Part shown: positions 32,488 through 46,280 of the stretch, one piece after another
Layout: each line of letters starts with the position of its first letter
Numbering within the stretch: position 1 is the stretch's first letter
Assembly (NCBI GenBank): GCA_043228905.1
Contig: JBHGNT010000068.1
Span: forward strand, 70,590-134,589
DNA length: 64,000 nucleotides
Reading direction: 5' to 3'
DNA from: Azolla caroliniana
Taxonomy: Eukaryota > Plantae > Polypodiophyta
Translations under genes and position numbers: made by a program
The notes under the pieces: generated by a model
The model's input: the letters and a program-made list of their open reading frames with translations, nothing else
The model's database searches: none
What the model was told of the DNA's origin: nothing

Positions 32488-33441
32488 ATGGCGGCAACAC
32501 GTCCCCAAACAGCGCATCCCATGGTCTATAGTACCACCATTTCCGTGGCCGTGGCCTTGGCGTTGGTTGTGGTGTCCATATTTAGCTGTCCTGGCACTGA
32601 TGCCGCCGGCGTGGGCGCTTGGGAGCAGGCACATGCGACCTTTTACGGCGGCTCCGATGCATCCGGAACAATGGGTACGTACTTGAATTTGCATGTTAAA
32701 ACACAATAAATATATATTAGGTTTACACATCATCATCTGAATCAGAATCAGAATCATCGTGACCATGAGCCGCAATGCGCTTGATTGATTTGTGTGTACG
32801 TACATGTTACAGCCGGGGCTTGCGGCTATGGCGACTTGTACAGCCAGGGGTACGGCACCAACACGGCGGCGCTGAGCACGGCGCTCTTCAATGGGGGTGC
32901 CATCTGCGGTGCATGCTTCGAGATGCAATGCGTGGACGACCCGCAGTGGTGCGTGGCCGGGCAGCCATCCGTCATCATCACCGCCACCAACTTCTGCCCG
33001 CCCAACTACGCTCTGGCCAGCGACAACGGCGGGTGGTGCAACCCGCCGCGGCCGCATTTCGACATGGCGCAGCCGGCGTTCCTGCAGATCGCGGTGTACA
33101 GCGGCGGGATCGTGCCTGTTCGCTACCGCCGCGTGCCGTGCCAGAAGAAAGGCGGCGTCCGCTTCACCGTCAATGGGAACCCCAACTTCAACCTCGTGCT
33201 CTTCACCAATGTGGGCGGCAGCGGCGATGTGGTGGCGGCGGAGATGAAGGGCAGCCGATCCGGCTGGATCGCCATGGCACGCAATTGGGGCCAGAACTGG
33301 GAGTGCGGCGCCGTGCTCACAGGGCAGGCGCTCTCCTTCCGTCTCACCACGGGCGACGGCAGCGTGCTCACGTGTATAGACGTCTCCGATGCGAATTGGA
33401 GCTTCGGCCAAACCTTCGAGGCCCTAGAGCAATTCGGATGA
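32488..33441 (+). CDS. EXPA: Alpha-expansin (EXPA), 2 exons
   Basis: Exon 1 is 32488-32674 (signal peptide, [14 protein letters not shown]). Exon 2 is 32813-33441 ([43 protein letters not shown]). GT-AG intron 32675-32812. Confidence 0.96.
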
Positions 33442-33855
33442 TTGGGAGCTACTTACTTACTGCTCACCACCACCACCTGGTACCACTATACTATCCCATC
33501 CATCCATCGGACATCCCTTCCCATCCCATCCCATCCCATCAATCAATCAATCATCGTTTCTGTATACCATCAAAAAAAATAAAAAATAAGAATTGGCCGC
33601 ACATTGCGGTTAATTTGGCTTCTTTCTTCCCCTCTCTCCAAACCTTAGAGAGGAGGGGTGCAGGGTGTATGTATGTACCGTACCCTATCTACACCACAGA
33701 AAACAGAACCCTCAACAAAAACAAGAATGCCCCCATATTTTTCCTATACCATCAATTCATAATGCACATACACACACATAGTACATACATACGTGTACAC
33801 CACCATATACATACATATCTCTTACAATCAATGGAGTCACGGTTTATTACTCCAT

Positions 33856-33895
<40 letters not shown>

Positions 33896-35300
33896 TCTCT
33901 CTCTCTCTCTGTGTTTGTTTTTTCTTGTCAATTTTCCCTTCCTTTCAATCTCTCTCATCTCTCCTTCCTTCCCTTCCAATTGTCTAATGTCACGTCTTCT
34001 ACACCCCAACCAACGTGTGTCTCGATTACAACGGCGCTACGCATATCTCAAACATGCCATCTACCCTTACTGCCCCCAAGAACTCTGAAAACTATTCGAA
34101 AGTGTGCCGAAGAGAAATCCCATAGCTAACCTACAAGAAGATTCATTAGAATATGGGGGTTTTGAAACCTTAGGGTATCTGATACGATTCCATGCCACAT
34201 ATGGCAGCATATGTCATTGTGCAGGCGAAGGGCAACGATATATTTTACGCAACTATAAAATTCGGACCATATTCTTGATGATAACTAATATCACATTTTG
34301 CAAACGATGGAAGTCATGTGATATCGGGGTGAGCGAATGTGTTGAGCAGGGAGATTCGATAGAATTTTCACTACCATCAAGAAATCCTTGCATTGCATGG
34401 GCATTAATAGGTGATGTTCAAAAAAGAATTTGTGACATCCACAATCTTTGGTACCTGGAACTCATTACTCATTACTATCACAGTGTAGATTCGATTTAGT
34501 CTACTCCATGTCGACCTATACTCATGGTGCAGTGTGGAAAAAGCTCATGTTTATTATATAATTTTGTGTTATTAATCATATTGGAATCTAAGTGTTGCAT
34601 GCTTATCATTCTGACTTTGATAAGTGAGGATACTATGAAAATTGGCTGAAATTTGAGACCAATACTAGTTCCAATGGCTTCCTTCCTCGCCAAGGTTTAT
34701 GGAATTATGGAATGAAAAGTCCCACATGGGGATATTCAAACCATCAAATGCTCATATTCTAATATAAGTGGTTCATTATTCATAAGAGGGAAGGGGTGGC
34801 TTCGGTTTATGTAGGATATGAAACTAGTCAATAAGGTGACTGTTAGGTGGAATGCACATGTTGGCCAGTCATCAATGAATATATTGAAGGATAAATTAGT
34901 GGAAGAGTTATTTACTCCATGGAAAATTTTGCATTTAAGGTATCACGATCCATTCCAACTTGCTATGGAAAGCAAGGATATTACAACCATGTAGAAACTG
35001 ATTGGATTTCTGTGGATGGTGTACCTTTCTACAAGGTGCACCAATTCAGTTAGCCATGTGTTGGTATACCAGCTTGGATGAGATTCTCATAAACTGATAA
35101 AGATAGGAACGGGGATTTGAGGGGGTGTTGAAAGTTTGTACTATAGTAGATCACTTCAATTACCTAAAAAACAAGTCTCATCAATTACCTTCAAAAAGTC
35201 TTATAGATGTTGGCAAAGGTCAACCTCATTGCATCTAAATAGACATCAATATTTGGATGTAAAGAAATATTGATAATTAAAACTTAAACCATGTTAGTAT

Positions 35301-36704
35301 TTTTTTTTTTCCTTGAAAGATTTTCTTTAATATAAGTAAAAGTTATCTGCCCCTAGGCTTACAACATAGAATAAAAGACAATATAAAAACAACTTATACA
35401 AGGATGTTGAACCTTAATACAGTACATTAACATCTTGTTTTTTATCAAGATGGAAGTTCATAGTTCCATTGAGGTCTTTGATTTGTCACTACAAAGAGAG
35501 GCACCTTCCTCCATAAGTGAAGAAGCTTCATCCTTCTTTTATGAATATTTTCTGGAGAACCATACATGTTATCATATTGCCCACGAACTATTGTGAACAA
35601 TGTTTCCCATATCTCAAGCAATACCTTTGAAAGACCAAGCTTTGTTGCATCGTAAAGTTGACTTGACTGCATCTACATTTCCATAATACCCATAATGTTA
35701 TCGTCGTCACAGTTATCCAAACCTGGACAAATTGCACCTGCTTTCGAGGTTGTTGAAACGAACTAAGCAATATCAATCTTCTGTTATGTATCTTCATGGC
35801 TTCTTGTATATCGTCTGCCTCATACAACATCAAGCTAGAGTGCAAAATTCCCCACACTGTTGCTGCCCATGAGAACAAGCAACCAACATTGATCGTTAGG
35901 AATAACGAAAAAACTTTATTCCATACTTGTTGAGCCAGGGAACAAGACCAGAGGGCATGCTTAGTAGTCTCTGGCGTTGCATAGCAAAATCCACCTTGAC
36001 TGAGATTATGTGCTACATTCCCTTTTAACGTCTGGCCAACTAGTAATGTTGCATGCACTAATAGCCATCTAAAAAGAATATGTCCAGAACCAACCCCCTG
36101 GATCCCATAGTAGTCTTGCAATAGGTTCTTTTGCATACAACCACATCATATCACACATATGAGCGATAGAAGGATAAGGATCAAGCAACCACTTCTTTCG
36201 CATTTTTGCAAGCACTCTAACTGGTGCATTCCACGCATGCTGAAAATAGTTGCAGTCACATGCATGATGCTGCATTCTATTGTTATCAAGAACCTCAAAA
36301 TAAGAAATGCACCCATTAGGTGAGATACCCTTGAGAGCCAACAATATATCATTTATGAAGCATCCAAACAAAAAATGCTCGTGTATGGGTTTGAAGGTCA
36401 TCGTTAATGAAGAATATGACGCTGAAATAGCAATTGTCATTACCTTGGCTCCATGAAGAGTTTGTAAATGCGCAAGCCAATCTGCTTGTGACATCTGTTG
36501 GAATTGAATACAAGTGCTTACAGATGCAGTTGGCCCATTATCCAGTTTACCCTAGGCAAGGTGAGTTCTAGGACCCACCACTTTTTCCTATATTATCCCG
36601 AAATAGAGAATTTCCAAGGAGAGGCTGATTAAGCAATGCATCCCAAGTAGAAGACTTCTCCTTAATTAGATGGCTTGATCCCATCCTACGCCCTTATTAT
36701 TCCT
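35301..36704 (-). mobile_element. 5'-truncated, decayed L1-type LINE
   Basis: Poly(A) (T run near 35300-35310), 14-bp TSD with one mismatch AACCATG[T/A]TAGTAT (35287-35300 and 36705-36718), and a frameshifted zf-RVT remnant (FCYATPETTKHALWSC, LWVLWKCRC, PQWNY). Confidence 0.82.
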
Positions 36705-36735
36705 AACCATGATAGTATATATTGTGGTGTGTGTG

Positions 36736-36789
36736 TGTAAAGAATCGGGTATGATTCTTGTGTAGCGGAATAGGTGTGAACTGTGTGTG

Positions 36790-36853
<64 letters not shown>

Positions 36854-39800
36854 TTAAGCTTGAGCTCTTGGGATTGAAATTAGTAACTGTTTTGACAAGT
36901 TTATTGTTTCACCATTATAATCCTTCATCATGTTATAATGTTATGAGGATTATTGCTCCACACTTGGGAGAGTATAAAGGAGGTGAGATGCCTATAGGAT
37001 CAGTAAGGCACAAAGTATACACAAGGTAGATTATATTAACAAAGGAGAAAGACTCAACAACATACAAAGTGGGAGGAGGGTGCTTTATATAGTCACCCTC
37101 TCTCTTCATTAACTACAAGACTCATGGAGCATGGGGAATGTGAAAGCTCATAAGTTATGTGGCATAGAATATGATTCTATGACTCATACTAAATGTTAGA
37201 ATACAAAGAGGTGACATAATGGTGACCCTTGACCGCTGGAGTGTCTATTCACTCTCAAGGTGAGTTCACACACTAGACCAAGTTGAGCTTGATTCTCAAC
37301 ACGCCCCCTCAAGCTCAAGTTGGGTCGGTTTCAGACGGTATCTGAAATCCGCTTCGACTTGCGTTTCGGAGTCCGCGTCGACTCGCGCCAACTCGCATTT
37401 ATGCGGAGTTGCGGAATCCGTGCTCCAGCTTGCGTTGTGCGTAGTTGCGAAGTCTATGCTTCGACTTGCGTCTTTCTTCGTGGCTTTGCGTGGTAGATCG
37501 GCTTTTCGCGGCTTCGTTGCGTAATCCACGCATTATTGCGTAGTGCACAGTTTGCGGAATCCACGCGTTATTGCATAATGTCTTCAGTACTCCCCCACAA
37601 GCTTGGCAGGTCAGGGGTCGTCAATCCGAGATCGGTCATGAATTGCCATAGCTTGTTGGCTCCTAAGTCTTTAGTGAAGATTTCAGCCGTTTGAAGATTG
37701 GTGCTAATGTGTTGTAGGTTGACATCGCCAGCTAGAACGCGCTCTCGGATAAAGTGATAGTGCACTTCGATGTGCTTTGTCCGCGTGTGGAACACCGGGT
37801 TCCGAGCTAGAGAGATACTGCTCATGTTGTCGCAATAAAGGGAAGTTGGATCCTTGATGGGTACGCCCAGATCCTTGAGTACCCTTTTGAGCCATACGGC
37901 TTCACATGCGGCCACTGGCGCGCCCCTGTATTCGGCCTCTGTGCTCGAAAGAGCGATGGTTGGTTGCTTTTTGCTGCCCCAAGATATTGCTCCGCTGCCG
38001 AGGGAGAAAACAAATCCGGAGGTTGATCTTCTATCGGCTTTTTAGCCGGCCCAATCGGCGTCTGTGTACCCCTCGAGTCGTATTCGCATCGCGGTCTTGT
38101 AGAGGATGCTGCAATCCATTGTGCCGCTCACGTATCGTAGAACTCACTTAGCGCAATCCAAGTGAGTATCACACGGTGTTTGCATGAATTGGCTAAGGAG
38201 ACCGACCAGATAACTGAGATCGAGTCGAGTGATCGTGAGGTAGATGAGACTCCCAATGAGTTGCCGATATTGAGTCGGTTCACACGCTTTGGTGCCGGAG
38301 TTCGCATCTAGTTTGAGATTGCGATCGAGTGGGGTTGCGACGGATTTGCACTTAGCCATACCGAACTTGTATAACAAGTTGAGGATGTAGTGCCGTTGAG
38401 AAATCATGATTCCAGTTGGGGTCCGAATTACCTTGATGCCGAGGAAGTAATGGAGTTCCTTCATGTCCGTCATCTCGAGATTTGACCTTATTGATTTCGA
38501 TGAGATGCTCACCTCCAATGACTAGGTCATCCACATATAAGATGATGACGATCGGACTTGCGGAATCGCTTCGTATGTAGAGGGAGTTGTCCGATTTTGA
38601 CATACGGAAGCCGATTTCATGAAGATATTGCGTTATCTTCGAATGCCAAGCACGCGGTGCTTGCTTGAGGCCGTAGAGTGGCTTCTTGAGTCGGCATATA
38701 GCTTTCGGATGGGTGCTCGAGTTGAAGCTGGGTGGTTGTATCATGTACACCTCCTCTTCTAATTCGCCTTGTAGAAAGGCGTTCTTGACGTCCATTTGAT
38801 GGAGGTGCCACCCTTTCGCTGCGGCAAGCGCAATTACGGTCTGTACCGCTGTCATCTTTGCCACCGGGGCAAAGGTCTCCTCGTAGTCAACTCCGTGCAT
38901 TTGGGCGTAGCCTTTCACTACGAGTCACGCTTTGTAGCGGTTGACGGAATCGTCGGCGTTGTAAATCCATCTGCATCCAATCGCCTTTTTATGTGGTGAG
39001 GTGGGAACGAGATCTCACGTGTCGTTCTTCCGTAGTGCCTGCATCTCCTCGTTCATGGCTTCTATCCATCGCAGATCCTTGGCTGCTTCGGAAAATGTTT
39101 CCGACTCGCGTACTGTCGCCACCTTCATCATAAAGGCATAGTGATATGCCATGTTAGTCATTGTAGCCGAATTGGCTAACCGGATTCTTTTCATGGGTGG
39201 AGCGACGGAGCTTTTCATTTGCAAAGATGAGGGCTTTCTTAGTTCCGATTGTTACATTGAAGCCGTTGAACTCACTGTCGAGTGAGTGAATCGACTCATC
39301 GTTGTTAAAGCGATCGTCTGCGTATTCCGCCATTTTTGCGTTGCCTTTGTCCATCTTCGGGCTACGCCATGATGTGCTTTGATCGCTCAAAGGCTCTTGT
39401 GGTCCACTCATTCGGGTCGTGATCGGACTTTCTTCGAACATGCACGTAAGGCGATCTTCATCCTCTAACTCTTGTTCGGCGAATTCCGGGTCGAGCGGAG
39501 TCGGAGTCAAAGTTGTCTCTGCTGCGTACTAGGATGCAGACTCGTCAAAAACGACATCTTGACTTACTCGAGATTTCCGAGTTGGGGGGTTGTAGCACTT
39601 GTACCCCTTTTGCTCCAATGAGTATCCCACAAGGATACATTTCTCCGACTTCGGATCAAGCTTTTGACGCTTCTCGTCGGGGATGTGCACGTACGCTATC
39701 GTGCCGAATATCCGGATCTGCGATAAGTCTGGCTTCTTTCCGAAGTGTTTTTCGTGCGGAGTGACCTCGTGCATGCTAGATGTTGTGCACTGGTTCATTA

Positions 39801-42050
39801 GGTAGACGAACGTATTTGCAGCTTCGGCCCAATATAACTTGGGCATATGCTTCTCATTCATCATGGCCCGCGCTACTTCGAGGATGTGCCGATTTTTGCA
39901 CTCGGCTTCTCCGTTTTGTTGCGGAGTGTGTCGGCTAGTGAATTCTCGTCGAATTCCTTCCTTTCGGAGATACGCCATGAAATCGTTCGAGAAGTACTCC
40001 TTGCCACCATCCGGTCGAAGACAACGTACATGTCGGTCCATGGCTTTCTCGACTTCATTCTTGAATGTTTGGAAGTGTCCGAACACTTCGCTCTTTTGCC
40101 GCATCGGGTATATCCAAGTGTGGCTAGAGAAATCATCGATGAAGAGCACGTAATATCGGCATCCGTCGAATGTAGCCGTCTATGCCGATCCCCATACATC
40201 AGAATTGACTACGTCGAGTAGACCTTTGCTCATATTCCGCTCTTTCGGGAATGGGTGTCGTTGTTGCTTGCCAAATTGGCATGCTTCGCATACACCTTCA
40301 ATCTCCTTCTCTTTGAATGTCGAGAGTCTGATGACGACTCCTTTCGATTTCATTGCTTTGAGCTTTTGGAGATTTATAGGGCCAATTCGCTTGTGCCATA
40401 GCTCTATGTCAGAGTCGGTTTTCGTGCTTTTTGCGAACATGGCGGATTTCATTTTGTGTGAATCGAGAATGAACATCTGGCCCTCTCTTCTTCCGCGCGT
40501 GATGATTCGGCCCTCTTTTTCGATGAAGCACCTTTCTTGGTCGAATCGTACTTGCATCCCTTGCTCAACCATTTGACCGACTGAGACCAAATTCTTCGTG
40601 ATGGTGGGAACATGCAAGACATTTTTAATGTATGTTTGCTTACCTCTTTCGCCAAACGGAACATTGCCGATGTGCCGAATCGGGTGCGTAGTGTTGTCTC
40701 CGGTTTCGATATAACCGGGTCGCTCCGGCTCTCGAAGTTCGAGAAACCATTCTTTGTGGGATTTCATATGGTTTAAGGCTCTGGAGTCCACAAACCATCC
40801 ATCCTACAGATTGAGGGCACGATTTGAGGTCAAGGCCGACATAGAGTTTGCTCTATGTTTCATCATGAACATTCCGCCACAGTCGGAGTTGCGTGCATAA
40901 ATTCCGCCACGATCTTCGTAGTCGGAGTTGTTCTCGTACATTCCACTATACTCTTCGTAGTCGGAATTGTGCACGTAATTCGTGAGGTCAGCTTGTGGAA
41001 GCCGATTCACGCATCTTCTTTTGGCACTCTTCTTCGTGGTGGCCGAGCTTTCCGCAATATCTGCATTCGGTTGCGTTTTAACGGCTCCGGCCGGAGTGGA
41101 AGCTCCCCCTTCTTGCAAAGGTTCCTCGTTGGCTTCCGTTTTGCGGCCGAAATTGGGAGTTCGCCTCGTTCGCCTTGTCCTTGGCCGAATCGGCCTCTCG
41201 ACCGTTCGCGTCCTCTTCATCCGTTCAAGTGTGTGTAGAGCATGTGGCCTTCTGACTCATTGCTCCTTGTACGCACGTTGTTTTCTTTGACCAATAGCAT
41301 TGATTCGAGCTCGAAGAAGGAGGGAGCTTTCTCTCGTGCTAGAACGGCGGTTCGCATCGCGCCAAACCGTGGTGCGAGGCCGCCGAGGCATATTTGAACC
41401 ATCTCATCATCATCGATATTTACGCTTATTGAGCCGAGCGAATCGCAAAGCTCCTTGATCTTCGAGGTGTATGTCGTGATGGACATGTCCCTTTGTTGAA
41501 TGTTGTTCAACTCTTGGCGGAGTTGAAGCCTTCTTGCGGTTGTGTTCGCCACGAAAATCTTTCGTAGATTTTCCCATGCCTCCTTCGGCGTCTTGGCTTC
41601 GCGAATGTAGCCAAGCATGTGATCGTGAACACATGTCGCCAAGAAATACATCACCCGGCTTGCGGCTTGCTCCCATGTCGCGTATCCGGGAGCCACTTCG
41701 GCGGGTCGGTCTTCATGCACTCCTTTGATGTAGCCCCAATAGCCTTGTCTGACAAGTTATTGGTGCATCTTGTACTCCCAAGATGCGAAGTTATTTCAAT
41801 CCAACTTCTCGGTAGGGAGAGCGCTCCCCATTTGAGTATTCATTATGTCGATTCTTCTTCTTCTTCTTCTCTCTTCGAATGTGAGCTATGTAGTGAAGCT
41901 ACGATAGCGATGAGCCGGTTCTTGGTCGTCGGCGTGGAGCACAACACACGATCACGATGAGGCGAATGGGCTAGATCGAATTACCAAATCGCTCTGATAC
42001 CATGTAAAGAATCGGGTATGATTCTTGTGTAGCGGAATAGGTGTGAACTA

Positions 42051-42100
<50 letters not shown>

Positions 42101-42364
42101 AAGACACAGAGTATACGCAAGGTAGATTATATTAACAAATGAGAATTACTCAACAACATACAAGGTGGGAGGAGGGTGCTTTATATAGTCACCCTCTCTC
42201 TTCATTAACTACAAGACTCATGGAGTATGGGGAATGTGAAAGCTCATAAGTTAAATGCTAGAATACAAAGAGGTGACATAATGGTGACTCTTGACCGTTC
42301 GGAGTGTCTATTCACTCTCAAGGTGAGTTAACACACTAGACCAAGTTGAGCTTGATTCTCAACA
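36736..42364 (-). mobile_element. Decayed Ty1/copia LTR retrotransposon (different family from copia-1)
   Basis: LTRs 36736-37301 and 42003-42364 (TGTAAAGAATC...TTCTCAACA on plus), iMet PBS 41991-42002, PPT about 37302-37313, and gag/PR/IN/RT/RH fragments broken by stops and frameshifts. Confidence 0.93.
37568..41831 (-). pseudogene. Disrupted copia gag-pol
   Basis: Fragmented ORFs: gag (RRLQLRQEL), GAG-pre-integrase and HHCC (WHKRIG...CEACQFGK), integrase (FIDDFS...PQQNG), RT (QMDVKNAFL, YVDD), RNase H ([10 protein letters not shown]). Confidence 0.92.
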
Positions 42365-42830
42365 ATATTGTATGGTATGAGTGAACCTCTTGTCCGATAA
42401 AGGTTGAGATAATTTAGGAGATATAGGAAAGATATGTGACTTCAACTTGTGTTTAAATTTTCTTACCACATTGGTTACCTCATTACCGTGACTATATTAT
42501 GTGTTGTTGTACCCACTTTTTTTTCTTGAGAAATATCCTCTATTGGTATTAAAAGAAAAGTGGCCAAATCCAATATACAATTTAGTGGTCCAATGTTACA
42601 AGAAATGTTGGGACTCCATGCCGAACGACCCTTGCCAACCTTTATAGGTAAAGATAATGATAAAAATACTTGTAAAAGTATTGGATGTGTAAATAAAGTA
42701 CAACCAAGCCATCCCATTCTCTAGATCAACAACATGAAGAGGAACCCAATATGAGTAAACACGTTCATGTTCACAAGTGAAAGGATCGTGCATTCTAGCT
42801 ATAGATTCCTTTTATAATCTTGCAATTTTA

Positions 42831-44597
42831 GGCCATTTTCAGAAACTTGATACACTAGTATCACATGTTTTAAATAGCGTGTAAAATTGGCTAATTTTTT
42901 GAGATTTAACAAGTTTCAAAATGATAAATTATAAAATTGAATAGTTTTTCAATAAACGTTTAAACATTGATGGTTTGCAAATATGAAATGTAGTTAACTT
43001 AAAGAAAATCACAATGGCTAACTAAAGGCACAAGTTAAGATTAATGGTTTCTTTTTGGAAAAAAAAAAGATTAATGGTTTCACCATCTTGAGAATATGTA
43101 GGTTCCAGAAGTGGAAGTTACATCTATTGTTAGACTTGAAAATGTTTTAAGTATACGAGGTAACATTGTAATCCTTAATGCAATTATCTATAAATTTAGT
43201 GCTCATTAACATCCATAAATTCACAACTCAAGAAATGTATATAATATTCATAAACAATTTTGATAAATCCATAACTCCTAAAATGTAGATGATATTCATA
43301 AACTATCAAAACTAGCAAACTTAGATGTAAACATTAATATATCAATTTGAACATATCACATAGTTATTAAGGTATCCACAATGTTCTCCTCTTCTTCATT
43401 TTGAGAGCTCCTCTACAAAATTTGTGAAGTAAATGACATTTGCAAGGTTCAATTATAATCAACACAATTATTAATGGTTTTTTGTTAATCAAGGAAGCAC
43501 ATGTTCATGTTTAGAGTTCATGTTTAGAAATATTCTTCTTTTTTCAAATAGAAGAGGTTTAGGGTTTACATGAAGTCGAATTGTACTAAAATCTCTGTTT
43601 TTACAAGAGAAAAGAGATGCATGTCGATACTGCAAAGAAGTATGTTGCACAACAAGACACCTTATGGTGAACATGTCTTTTATTGATTAACAAAAAACCA
43701 TTAATAATTGTGTTGATGGTAATTGAACCTTGCAAATGTCATTTACGTGGTCTATAAAATATTCTCATGGTTCTTAATCACCACTTCAAACACTTAATGT
43801 TGATCTTTATAGTTTGGTTCATCTACAACAAAGAAACATTTATGTGAAACTAAGCACAACAACACGAGCATAACTCAAGTGACAAGGAAACTTGCAAGAA
43901 CTCAAGGTGAGAATATTAATAGCTACACATGTGGATGGCCATGACCTAGGGCACCAATTCTGCATTGGTAAAGTTTTGAACGTGGTGATGCATTAAACTT
44001 TTGTAATACATCTATCATTGACATTAGTGAGGTGGATATCATTGTGTATGACTTTACACTTACAAAAGTTGAATGTTTAAGGACGATAACGATAGACATA
44101 ATAAAAGAGATATTACCAAGTCAAGAAGATATTACCAAGTCAAGAAGATATCTCAGATTGAAGGCGAACAAGATTTAGTGTAAACAATTTGGAGACACCA
44201 TTTGGTGAAGACAATGATTTGATTGGTACATTTGATAATGAGGAGGAAGAGTCACAATTGTATATTAGTTAGAGTAGTGATTCTCATGAAAGGAATGATG
44301 ATAGTGATGCAAATGACTCCTAAATGTATTTTTTGTGCAACAATATGTAACAAATTTAAACAACATTTTATCGAATGAAATGAAAAAGTTGATTGTTTTG
44401 AAATCTTTCCCTTATAATTTCGTTAGGATCTAGAATACTACTAGTTGTAATTTCTCCTTAAAAATACACAAAGTTACTTTTCTTATTTGGCCAAAATTTG
44501 GCATTTTTCAATTTTACCAAATGGTGAAAATTTTAGCTTTTCTATCAAGTTTTCGAGAACATGTGATACTGGTATCAAGGTGTTTTCTGAAATGGCC
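42831..44597. mobile_element. Possible old DNA transposon with diverged subterminal inverted repeats
   Basis: GGCCATTTTCAGAAACTTGATACACTAGTATCACATGT (about 42831-42868) is an imperfect inverted match to about 44560-44597. No TSD found and ends are uncertain. Confidence 0.4.
43429..43746. repeat. Long inverted repeat (64-bp arms, about 190-bp spacer)
   Basis: 43429-43492 and 43683-43746 are reverse complements with 2 mismatches by eye. Confidence 0.9.
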
Positions 44598-45650
44598 AAA
44601 AAAGCCCCAAAATCAGACGGAATATTCCTTATCCTTCCATTTGTACGCAATCCTTCCACTCGTGAACTCATATGACTTGAATAAAAAAATCTTCACCGAT
44701 GAGAACAACCATTGTTTATGAATCTTTAGGGAATTCCAAGCAATAAAGCACCATCTTCCAACTGAAGCTCTTCTTGATAAGCATTTTATGGATTCTGCTT
44801 TCAGTGTACTTTTGACCTTGTAACAAAAAGAAGCATGATTGGGGCAATCGGTGTAATCCTTGGTAATATACATAAATACATATGTAGTTTGATTCCCAAT
44901 GTCATAAACAAATGAATCCAACACCTTACTCATCACTCTATACGAATTGCATCTCATCAAATAATTTAATCGAAAACCTCCCAATTCATTGTAACATTGG
45001 ATGATGCCGAGGGAATGTTGTTGTTGTACCCGTTCTTAAAATAGGGGAAACATTAGTCGAGTTACAAGGGCACATAATATAAGTACTACACAAACTCAAG
45101 CAATGACTTTAGAGAGTTCCTATTCTCAAAAAGTTGACTACATTTGTGGAGAACTCAGATCATTTTCACTTTTGATACAAGCCCTAGATAAAGATTGATT
45201 GTGTTCCTAGGCAAGAGGATGATCAAGGAAGAAGACATTGTATAAGAGTTGGTAACAAGGTTGTGAATACATGTAGAGAACCTCGTCTTTGGTGAAAAAA
45301 GAATTATGGGGAAATTATGGTGAATCCTCGAAAATGTGATTAGGACTACTTGAGAAGTAGGGCTTGATTGTAAGATTATGTAGGATTAAATACTAATCTC
45401 AAAGAGTAAAGTTTAACTTCAAATTGTACAATCTTGACACTTGTAAAGTTATGAAGTCTTACTAGGCTAAGGCTGTGAAGTTGTGAAAATTATCATGATC
45501 CACCATAATATCATGTGCCTTCCAAAAGTCATGGGTTGATACATTTATTATCTATAGAAATATAATGGTCATTTGAGGAGCAAGGTACCATCAATAAAAC
45601 TAGGCCCATTTGTAGTTTAGAGTGTAAAGTTATAGGTATTGGGAACTCTT

Positions 45651-46280
45651 TTTTTTTTTTTTCCAAAAAAACACTACTTCGCATTAGTTAGCAAACAAAA
45701 TTACATCATAGAACACCCAAAGTTCTTCTCACCAGCCCTCACTCTGGCCTTCCCACCAAAGTGGACATAGTCCCCACCTCATTTTCAACAAACGTATCCA
45801 AACAACTCCAATAACCTAATAATTTGTACCATATCTATACAGATTTACAGCACCTAGACGCTGTTGGAAACCGGAAACAGCCATCGAGGTGCTTGGTAGT
45901 TCCATTGAGGCCCTGATGAGGATCTGCCCACCATAGGAGAATTACCCCATTTCAGCAAGAACTTTGATCGAGATCTTTCAGCTGCATCAGATTCCCCCTT
46001 GATTGAGTCGTATCGTCCCCGCAGCCAAGATACCAACTCAAACCAGATATTTAATAATACCTCACCGCTAGGGATCTTTTGTTGTTGAAACACAAATTTA
46101 CAACGGTTGGTCCAAATGTGCTAGACCGATAAACAAGACACCATCATCCATATCTCTTCAAAAAATTCTGAGTTAGTGCCATGTCAAACTCCAGCCTGTT
46201 GAAACACCTTGCCATCTTGCACTATAAAACCATGTCCGTGGGGGTTTAACTGTTCAGCCCAGCCTTCCCCTGTTAACTTC
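45651..46280 (-). mobile_element. Short 5'-truncated L1-type LINE
   Basis: Exact 17-bp TSD AGGTATTGGGAACTCTT (45634-45650 and 46281-46297), poly(A) as a T run to 45662, ORF2 C-terminus ...PQWNYQAPRWLFP. Confidence 0.9.

Noticed and set aside
32479-34088. Long overlapping ORFs of 310 aa (minus) and 437 aa (plus) over the expansin
   Set aside because: By-products of the high-GC exon, running into microsatellite and UTR sequence. The expansin frame explains the region.
34080-35280. Short ORFs downstream of the expansin
   Set aside because: No recognisable motifs or splice structure.
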